Shown: positions 28,127 through 35,318 of the stretch, piece after piece
Position numbering within the stretch: position 1 is the stretch's first letter
Layout of the letters: each line of letters starts with the position of its first letter
NCBI GenBank assembly: GCA_039810085.1
Contig: JBDHWG010000002.1
Location: 2,273-66,272, forward strand
Length of the DNA: 64,000 nt
Direction of reading: 5' to 3'
Source of the DNA: Anaerolineae bacterium
GTDB lineage: Bacteria > Chloroflexota > Anaerolineae > Epilineales > JAHCIE01
Notes under the pieces: generated by a model
What the model was told of the DNA's origin: nothing
Database searches by the model: none
What the model saw: only the letters and a program-made list of their open reading frames with translations
Program-made: the position numbers and the translations under genes

Positions 28127-28262
28127 CCAACTCTCCACTGCGAAAACTATGCGATATAATGACCTAACGGTATCTTCAAGTGACGTGAAGATTATAGTTA
28201 TCGAGGCAGAATAGGAGAAACACACTGGGCGCGGGAAGCCAGGCGGAGCGAAGCATGACGAC

Positions 28263-29264
28263 CTAGACTCGTGCTCCGCCCAGGTCCACCGCTGTCCCGA
28301 CGTTGGTGGCGAGGGCCTTGAGGTAGATGTGATAGCCAGCCGCCAGGTCCTCGACGGCCAGGCCGAGCGACTTGAACAGGGTGATGTCCGAGGGACGCTG
28401 GCGCCCCTCGACACGCCCGATGAGCAGGTCGCCCAATTCGCCCTGGATGTGGCTGTCGTCCACCGCCCCCTCGCGCTTCGGAAACAGGAAGTCACCCGCT
28501 TCATGGAGCGCCGACTCGCGGCGGTCCACGTACATCCGCGACCGGGCAACGGCCTGGGTATCCAGCTCACGGGCAAAGGGAACGCTCGACCCGACGGCGT
28601 TGACGTGGGCGCCTTCCGCGATCCACTCGCCCTTCAGCACCGGCGCCGTCGCCGAGGTCACGGTGCAGATGAGGTCGGCCCCGTCTACGGCGCCCTGCGC
28701 CGTCTCCACCACCTCGATCTCGACGGTGTGGCGCTCACTCTCCCGCGCGGCGAACTCCCGCGCATTCTCCTCGGTGCGGCTCCAGACGCGGATGCGGCGG
28801 ATGGGCCGGACGTTCAACATCGCGGCCAGGTGCGTCTGGGCCTGGACGCCGGAGCCGAGGATCGCCAGGTCGCCCGCATCCTCCCGCGCCAGGGCGCGCG
28901 TCGCCACGCCGGTGACGGCTGCCGTCCGAATAGCGGTGATGGCCGAGGCGTCGATAATCGCCAGGGGCCGCCCGTGGTTCGTCTCGAACAGCATGACCGC
29001 GCCCTGGTGTGAGTCGTACGGCGTGTCGCGGTTGCCGGGGAAGACGCTCACGACTTTCAGCCCCATGATGGACGGCTCGCCGCCAAGGTAGGCCGGCATC
29101 ATGCCCAGCGCGCCGATGCGGTCGGGCAGCCACATCACGGGACGTAGCGGTAGGATCGCGTCGCCCCGCGCCAACGTTTGCAGCGCGTCAGCCATGACCT
29201 CGATGGCGTCCGACATGGGGAGAAGCGCAGCCACCTCCATCCCGTTGATGACCAGAACGTTCAT
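28263..29264 (-). CDS. Ornithine cyclodeaminase / mu-crystallin family protein
   Basis: MNVLVINGMEVAALLPMSDAIEVM.., Rossmann motif ILGSGVQA. Trimmed to ATG 29264. Confidence 0.85.
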   Translation of the reverse strand: MNVLVINGMEVAALLPMSDAIEVMADALQTLARGDAILPLRPVMWLPDRIGALGMMPAYLGGEPSIMGLKVVSVFPGNRDTPYDSHQGAVMLFETNHGRPLAIIDASAITAIRTAAVTGVATRALAREDAGDLAILGSGVQAQTHLAAMLNVRPIRRIRVWSRTEENAREFAARESERHTVEIEVVETAQGAVDGADLICTVTSATAPVLKGEWIAEGAHVNAVGSSVPFARELDTQAVARSRMYVDRRESALHEAGDFLFPKREGAVDDSHIQGELGDLLIGRVEGRQRPSDITLFKSLGLAVEDLAAGYHIYLKALATNVGTAVDLGGARV

Positions 29265-29335
29265 CGGCGCGGTCCTTTCGGTAAATGAGAGGGCCTGACA
29301 GGCTTCACAACCTGTCAGGCCCTTTGAAACCCACG

Positions 29336-30676
29336 CTACAGAATCTCCAGGTAGTGGTCGACCTCCCATTGGCTGACCTGGGTGCGGTACTCGTCCCACT
29401 CCTCTGTCTTCGCCCGAAGGAAAGCCTCGTAGGCGTGGCCGCCAAGGGCCTGCTGGATCAGTTCGTCCTTCGATAGCTCATCCAGCGCCTCCTTCAAGGA
29501 GCCGGGCAGCGTGGCAACACCGCGCTCTTGCAGCTCATCGGCATCCCAGTGGAACACGTCCTCCTCCACCGGCGGCGGGGGCTGTAGGTTCTGGTTGATG
29601 CCGTCCAGTCCGGCGTGGAGCATGGCGGCGAAGGCGAGGTACGGGTTGCAGCTGGGATCGGGGCAGCGCAGCTCGAGCCGGGTGCTCTGCTCGCGGCCCG
29701 GCGAGTAGCGCGGGATGCGGATCAGGGCCGAGCGATTGATCTGCGCCCAACACACGTAGACCGGCGCCTCGTAGCCGGGCACGAGCCGCTTGTACGAGTT
29801 GACCGTCGGCGCAACGAGAGCGGCCAGGGCGCGGGCGTGCTTCATCTGCCCCGCCATGAACGAGTAGGCCATCGGCGACAGCTTGTAAGGGTCATCGGCG
29901 CGGTAGAAGAGATTCTGGCCGTCGCGGAACAAACTCTGGTGCGTGTGCATGCCGCTGCCCGCGATGCCATAGATGGGCTTGGGCATGAATGTCGCGTACA
30001 GACCGTGGCGCTGCGCGATGGCCTTGACAGTGTACTTGAACGTCAGGGCATTGTCGGCGGATGTCAGGGCATCGGCGTAGCGGAAGTCGATTTCGTGCTG
30101 ACCCGGGCCGACTTCGTGGTGGATCATCTCCACCTCCAGCCCCATCTCCTCCAGCGCGCGCGTGATGTCCTGGCGCACGAGGCCCGCCTCATCGCGTGGC
30201 GAGAAGTCGAAGTAGCCGCCGACATCGTGGGGCGCAGGACGAATGCGCCCATTCTCCGGCGTGAACAGGTAGAACTCTAGCTCGACCCCGGTGTTGTACG
30301 TTATCCCTTGTTGGGCCGCCACCTCGACGGCGCGACGCAGAATCCGCCGCGGGTCGCCCTCGAACGGGTCACCATTGGGGGTAAAGATGTCACACAGTAG
30401 GCGGGCCACCTTGCCCGACTGCGCGCCCCAGGGAAGGACGCGGTAGGTGGCGGCGTCCGGCACCAGGAACATGTCGGATTCCTGGATGCGGGTAAACCCC
30501 TCGATGGATGAGCCGTCGAACCAGATACCCCGGTCGAAAGCCTCTACCAAACGCTCGACGGGCAGGGTCACACTCTTGATGATGCCCACCACGTCAATGA
30601 ACTGGAGATTGACGAACTGCACACCCTCGGTCTTGGCGCGCGCCAAGACATCTTGTTGTTCAGGCGTCAGGGCCAT
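29336..30676 (-). CDS. glnA: Glutamine synthetase, type I
   Basis: 446 aa from ATG 30676 (GGAGGAAACACAAT upstream): FVNLQFIDVVGIIKSV.., FDGSSIEGF.., GSGMHTHQSL.., NSYKRLVPGYEAP. Confidence 0.9.
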   Translation of the reverse strand: MALTPEQQDVLARAKTEGVQFVNLQFIDVVGIIKSVTLPVERLVEAFDRGIWFDGSSIEGFTRIQESDMFLVPDAATYRVLPWGAQSGKVARLLCDIFTPNGDPFEGDPRRILRRAVEVAAQQGITYNTGVELEFYLFTPENGRIRPAPHDVGGYFDFSPRDEAGLVRQDITRALEEMGLEVEMIHHEVGPGQHEIDFRYADALTSADNALTFKYTVKAIAQRHGLYATFMPKPIYGIAGSGMHTHQSLFRDGQNLFYRADDPYKLSPMAYSFMAGQMKHARALAALVAPTVNSYKRLVPGYEAPVYVCWAQINRSALIRIPRYSPGREQSTRLELRCPDPSCNPYLAFAAMLHAGLDGINQNLQPPPPVEEDVFHWDADELQERGVATLPGSLKEALDELSKDELIQQALGGHAYEAFLRAKTEEWDEYRTQVSQWEVDHYLEIL

Positions 30677-30742
30677 ATTGTGTTTCCTCCATGCATAAGA
30701 ATAGCCGCCCTGAGGCGGCCATTGCCCTGGTGGTATGCTGCG

Positions 30743-30771
30743 ATTGTACCCGAAGTCGGAACCAATGTCAA
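30743..30771 (-). promoter_or_regulatory. Near-consensus sigma70-type promoter of glnA
   Basis: The minus strand reads TTGACA - 17 nt - TACAAT, about 65 nt upstream of the glnA ATG. Confidence 0.55.
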
Positions 30772-30818
30772 AAAAGGTAATCGGGGGTGCGCTCCGCGAG
30801 AGGAGCACGCCCCCGATT
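30768..30818 (-). terminator. Rho-independent terminator of the rhodanese gene
   Basis: The minus strand reads AATCGGGGGCGTGCTCC..GGAGCGCACCCCCGATT followed by ACCTTTTTT. It starts about 20 nt after the TAG at 30840, not after the TGA at 30963. Confidence 0.7.
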
Positions 30819-30839
30819 CTGTGACGTTCTACCAAGCTG

Positions 30840-31409
30840 CTACTGCTGCGTCGGCAAGCCGGCCGTCTTCCAGGCTGCCCAGCCCCCCGTCAACGCATGG
30901 ACGTTCTTGTACCCCTTGTTGATCAAAATGTCTGCCTCACGGGCAGATTCTTGTTCGTTCGGTCAGGCACAATAGACGATAAGCGCCTTGTCCTGCGGCA
31001 GGCGGCTCAGATACTTATCCACGTCGGCGACTGGCACGCTGATCGCGCCCTTGACATGCCCTTGCGTGTACTCCTGAGCAGTGCGCGCGTCTACGAAGAG
31101 AACGTTCGGGTCGGTCATCTTCTGCTTAGCTTCATCGAGTGAGATACGCGGCACGTGCGCTAGCTGCGCGTTTGCCGCCGCAATCGCCGTGGGGTCGTAC
31201 TGCGGCGTGAGGACAATCTGCGGCGCTGCAGGGTTCTGAGCTGCTGGGTTCTGGGCCGCTGGATTCTGGGCGGGCGCGGCCGCTTGCGTCGTGGTACTGG
31301 TGGGTGAGACGGCTTTGCCGAGGACAAAGCCAAGCCCAAGCACCGCCAGGACGGCCACCACGCCAAGGATGCCGTATAAGACCCGGCGATCCATTCGAAT
31401 CGTGATCAT
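30840..31409 (-). CDS. Membrane-anchored rhodanese-like sulfurtransferase with an in-frame TGA at 30963..30965 (candidate Sec codon or nonsense mutation)
   Basis: The track ORF 30963..31409 ends ..QDKALIVYCA*. The same frame continues PNEQESAREADILINKGYKNVHALTGGWAAWKTAGLPTQQ to the TAG at 30840, completing the rhodanese fold. N-terminal TM segment and an AAQNP x3 linker. Confidence 0.6.
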
Positions 31410-31529
31410 TCACTTCTCCTTCCATGCGACGCCGGCATGCTCCGACTGCCGCGAAATTGCTATCCAACTATAGCCCAATCGCGTGAAAACGCTAGTTTTC
31501 GCGCACGACGCGCGTTGCGCTTCCCATCC

Positions 31530-32486
31530 CTAGACGCCGATACCGAGCAGGGGATCGCCATTGTTCATGGCGAGCGTGCTAACCAGGAAAAGCACTGTTC
31601 CCGACACCGGCGACTTGGCAACCTCCACCACGTTGCCCAGAAAATCCTCGATGTGCCCCACCTGCTGGCCTTCCGTCACGGCATCGCCGATGTTCACTGC
31701 TGGATACCACAGGCCGTTGTGGGACGCGCGCAGCCACACAAACTCGTTGAGAACCCGTGTCGGCCCCGGCGCAGGCGGCGCAGACGTTCGCATCAGGCCC
31801 AAGTGCGCCAGGGTCCGCAGCAAGCCCGCATACATTTGCTCGCGGTCCGCCTCTGTCCACAACCCCTGTCCGCCGACTTCGGCGAGGAGGGCCGGGATTC
31901 CCGCCTCAGCCGCGGCAGAGGTCGTCGAGCCACCGACAACACTCACAACGATGTTGGGCAGGCCGAACGCCTCGGCCAGCGCCATCGAGCGCTCGTAGAC
32001 ATCGTCGTTGTCGGTGCGACGCAGGATACTGAAAGGCGCCAGCGCCTCGTTGAGATCGCCGCCGTGCAGGTCGATGTAGGTGTCGGCGCGGCGGATGAGG
32101 TTCTGGAAGATCCAGGCGGCGAGTTGCTGGGCGAAGGAGCCGTTGGGATCGCCGGGGAACTGGCGGTTGAGGTTCTTGTCGTCAGGCGGCGCGATGTAGA
32201 TGGCGCGCTTGGCGAACGAGGTCATGCTCACGATGGGGGCGATGACGAGCTGGCCGTAGAGCTGCGCCGGGTCGATTTCCCGCGCCAGGCGGTACGTCGT
32301 GGCGATGGCGACGTACTCAGCCGCGTGGACGCCTGACGTAACGACTACCGTCGGCCCCGAATGAGCGCCATTGAATACGAACAGAGGCATCTTCGTCGCC
32401 ACACCCGCCAGCGTCAGGTCCAGCACTGTCTTTCCGACGTCGCCCGGCGCGACACGCAATCCCAGAATCTCGAGCGTTTCCTTCAT
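31530..32486 (-). CDS. Succinylglutamate desuccinylase/aspartoacylase (AstE/AspA) family zinc hydrolase
   Basis: Trimmed to ATG 32486 (AGGAGAGGA upstream): SGVHAAEY.., NRQFPG.., YIDLHGGD. Confidence 0.75.
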   Translation of the reverse strand: MKETLEILGLRVAPGDVGKTVLDLTLAGVATKMPLFVFNGAHSGPTVVVTSGVHAAEYVAIATTYRLAREIDPAQLYGQLVIAPIVSMTSFAKRAIYIAPPDDKNLNRQFPGDPNGSFAQQLAAWIFQNLIRRADTYIDLHGGDLNEALAPFSILRRTDNDDVYERSMALAEAFGLPNIVVSVVGGSTTSAAAEAGIPALLAEVGGQGLWTEADREQMYAGLLRTLAHLGLMRTSAPPAPGPTRVLNEFVWLRASHNGLWYPAVNIGDAVTEGQQVGHIEDFLGNVVEVAKSPVSGTVLFLVSTLAMNNGDPLLGIGV

Positions 32487-32668
32487 CGCACAGTCCTCTC
32501 CTGGTTCGATGCAATTGTCATGTAGAGCCACATCTGCCGACTTCACAAGTGATGTAACGCAATACCCCGCATTGGGATACGGCCCAAACATTGACCTGCT
32601 CGGTTCCCCCACTATAATGGAGCCACTATGATGCATCGGTCCAGGCGGGTAAGCGAGCCAGGCTTGTA

Positions 32669-35176
32669 ATGAAACGAAGCCTTTCCAAGGGGCTGCCAAC
32701 CCTAGACGTTGTCCTGGTCGTCGCGCTCTTCGTCGGCCTGGCCCTGCTCTACAGCTTCGTGGCGCCTGTGTTCGAGGGCTTCGACGAGGTTTGGCACTAC
32801 GCCTTCGTCCAGCACGTCGCCAGCGGCGGGGGCCTTCCCCGCCAACCGCCCGACCAGTATGGTCACTTAGCAAGGCAGGAGGGCGGCCAGCCGCCCCTGT
32901 ACTATCTGCTCGGCGCGGCGCTCACTGCCTGGGTCCCCACCGACGACCTGCCGCTCTACCTCCGCCAGAACCCCCAGTTCCGCCCTATCCCGACGCCCTA
33001 CAAGGACAACCAGAACTACATCATCCACGGCGACGCCGAGGCCTTCCCGTATACCGGAACCGCCCTCGCCGTTCACCTGACGCGCCTGCTCTCCATCCTG
33101 CTTGGCGTCGGGACGCTCTTGTGCGTCTATGGCCTGGGGCGCAGGTTGTACCCCAGTCGGCGCAGCGTCGCCCTCGGCGCGATGCTCGTCACCGCGCTGA
33201 CGCCCGCCTTCATCTTCAGCAGCGCCCAGGTCAACAACGACATGCTCGTTACCTTCTTGAGCAGCCTGGCGCTCCTCCTGCTGTTGGACTTCGTCGCGCG
33301 TCCGCCGTCCTACCGCCGCGCCGTCGTGCTGGGCGTCGTGCTCGGCTGCGCGGCGCTCGCCAAGCTCAGCGGCCTGTTGCTGTGGCCGTTCGTGACGGTC
33401 GTGGCGCTAATTGTTTCTCCATGTCTTAGAGAGAGGGGTTATGTAGGTGATGGGCCTTCGGACCACGAAGGTCACGAAAGGACGCGAAAGGCGCGAAAAA
33501 GAGTCGCCTGGCGTCGACCTTTCGCGTTTTTCGCGTCCTTTCTGAGCCTTTCGTGGTCCAACCATTTACCCTACAGCGCAAGTCCTTCCATCGAAAGAAA
33601 GGCAACGCAAAGCCGCGGAGACGCAGGCGAGACAAAGGCCCAACGATCTTCTTCCTCTGTGCCTCTGCGCCTTTGCGTTACAAATCCATTCTCGAATCTC
33701 CGAAGATCAAGAGCCTCACTTGCGCGGCTCGTTGTCGTGTTTGCCGTGGCTATTGTCATATGCGGCTGGTGGTTTGCGCGCAACTGGCTGTTGTACGGCG
33801 ACCTGAGCGCGCTCAACATGCACCTGGCGATCATGGGACGGCGACCCGACGGGTTCGGTTTGCGCGAGGCGTTGGGCGAAATGGAGGGCTTACGCTGGTC
33901 GTACTGGGCGATGTTCGGCTGGTTCAACATCCCCGTGCCGACCCCGCTCTACCACGCCTACGACCTGGCGACGGCCCTGGGACTCGTCGGTCTCCTTATG
34001 TGTGTCGTACGCGCCATCATGCGGCGGCGCTGGGACAGGCTGTCGCCGCTGACCTACCTCGGCGCGTGGCTGCTGCTGGTCATCGTCGGCGTCGTGCGCT
34101 GGACGCTCACGACGCCGGGCAGCCAGGGCCGCCTGCTCTACCCGGCCATTCCGAGCATCGCCATCTTGCTGGTCGTCGGCTGGCTCGCCCTCGTTCCGCG
34201 CGGCGAGCGCGTGCAGCGGTGGGTGGTCACGGGTATTGGTATTGTGATGCTCGTGGTGGCGACCGCTATCCCGTTCGCCATCATCGCCCCAACCTACGCG
34301 CCGCCGCCTATCCTCTCACCTGACCAAATGGACAGCGCCGTCACGAACCACACCGACGTGACGTTCGAGAACGGCATTCGGCTGCTGGGGTACACGGTGG
34401 AACAGGCTAACGTTGCGCCGGGTAGCACGGCATGGGTCACGGCGTGCTGGGAGGGAACGGGGTCGGTCGATGAGGATGTCCTGGTCTACGTACACATGCT
34501 CACGCAGGACGACATCATTGCCGCGCAGAAGGATACCTACCACGGCCTGGGCATGTTCCCGTCGTCCCATTGGCCCGTGGGGGCGCGCTTCTGCGACCGC
34601 TACCCGCTGGCCGTCCCGGATACTGCGCCGGCCGCCGACAGCACGACACTGGCTGTCGGTCTCTACCACGCGAACGGCGAGCGCCTGACCGTAACCGACG
34701 GAGCCGGGCACGCCCCGGGCGATGAAGTGCGCTTCCCAGGGCCGAGCATCAGCGCCCGCCCCCAGGATAGCCTGACCTACGAGTGGGGGCACAAGCTGGG
34801 GCTGATTGAGTACGAGCTGGATCGGACCACGCTGCGGCCTGGCGAGAGCTTCAAGCTCGGCCTACGCTGGCAGGCGCTGGAAGCCATGTCGGCGGATTAC
34901 GCCGTGACAATCCAGGTCGTCGACGCAAACGGCGCTAAGATCGCCCAAGACGATGAGCCGCTGCGCAGCCGCAGCCAGCCCACGTCGGCATGGCGGGTCG
35001 GCACGACAATGAAGGACACGCGCACTATCGGGATTTCGCCGGATGCGCCGCCCGGCGTCTACGAGCTTCGCGTCGGCGTGTACGACTTCGACACCAAGCG
35101 CAACCTCCTGCCGTCCCGCGCCGGTGAGACGCTCAACCCCGGCCCCGTTCCGCTGTGGAAGCTGCGTGTCCAATAA
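32669..35176 (+). CDS. ArnT/PMT-like (GT39/GT83-type) membrane glycosyltransferase carrying an in-frame repeat insertion
   Basis: The polytopic N-terminal half (FDEVWHYAF.., QPPLYYLL..) is typical of the dolichyl-phosphate-mannose/ArnT-like family. It has a large C-terminal extracytoplasmic domain. Codons at about 33414..33717 are encoded by palindromic repeats. Confidence 0.75.
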   Translation: MKRSLSKGLPTLDVVLVVALFVGLALLYSFVAPVFEGFDEVWHYAFVQHVASGGGLPRQPPDQYGHLARQEGGQPPLYYLLGAALTAWVPTDDLPLYLRQNPQFRPIPTPYKDNQNYIIHGDAEAFPYTGTALAVHLTRLLSILLGVGTLLCVYGLGRRLYPSRRSVALGAMLVTALTPAFIFSSAQVNNDMLVTFLSSLALLLLLDFVARPPSYRRAVVLGVVLGCAALAKLSGLLLWPFVTVVALIVSPCLRERGYVGDGPSDHEGHERTRKARKRVAWRRPFAFFASFLSLSWSNHLPYSASPSIERKATQSRGDAGETKAQRSSSSVPLRLCVTNPFSNLRRSRASLARLVVVFAVAIVICGWWFARNWLLYGDLSALNMHLAIMGRRPDGFGLREALGEMEGLRWSYWAMFGWFNIPVPTPLYHAYDLATALGLVGLLMCVVRAIMRRRWDRLSPLTYLGAWLLLVIVGVVRWTLTTPGSQGRLLYPAIPSIAILLVVGWLALVPRGERVQRWVVTGIGIVMLVVATAIPFAIIAPTYAPPPILSPDQMDSAVTNHTDVTFENGIRLLGYTVEQANVAPGSTAWVTACWEGTGSVDEDVLVYVHMLTQDDIIAAQKDTYHGLGMFPSSHWPVGARFCDRYPLAVPDTAPAADSTTLAVGLYHANGERLTVTDGAGHAPGDEVRFPGPSISARPQDSLTYEWGHKLGLIEYELDRTTLRPGESFKLGLRWQALEAMSADYAVTIQVVDANGAKIAQDDEPLRSRSQPTSAWRVGTTMKDTRTIGISPDAPPGVYELRVGVYDFDTKRNLLPSRAGETLNPGPVPLWKLRVQ
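33460..33559. repeat. Family C palindromic repeat (GGACCACGAAGGNCACGAAAG..CGCGAAA ... TTTCGCG..CTTTCGTGGTCC), inside a CDS
   Basis: A second copy lies at 35190..35269. The arms are reverse complements of each other. Confidence 0.8.
33604..33679. repeat. Family D palindromic repeat (AACGCAAAGCCGCGGAGACGCAGG ... CCTCTGCGCCTTTGCGTT), inside a CDS
   Basis: An imperfect inverted repeat about 45 nt after the family C element, within the same ORF. Confidence 0.65.
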
Positions 35177-35189
35177 TGCGGGGGGATTC

Positions 35190-35269
35190 GGACCACGAAG
35201 GCCACGAAAGAGCGCGAAAAACGCGAAAATCACTCGCTGGGCGACTCCTTTTCGCGCCTTTCGCGGTCC
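35190..35269. repeat. Family C palindromic repeat, intergenic between convergent genes
   Basis: GGACCACGAAGGCCACGAAAGAGCGCGAAAAACGCGAAAA ... TTTTCGCGCCTTTCGCGGTCC. Confidence 0.8.
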
Positions 35270-35318
35270 AATGACTTTGCGCTTGGAAACAGGTAATCCC
35301 GCGAAGTACGTACCGCCA

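Noticed and set aside
30677-30742. glnA 5' leader hairpin (GCCGCC-TCAG-GGCGGC) considered as a glutamine riboswitch
   Set aside because: It is too short and lacks the conserved glnA-RNA motif sequences as I remember them. It is probably just a stabilising stem.
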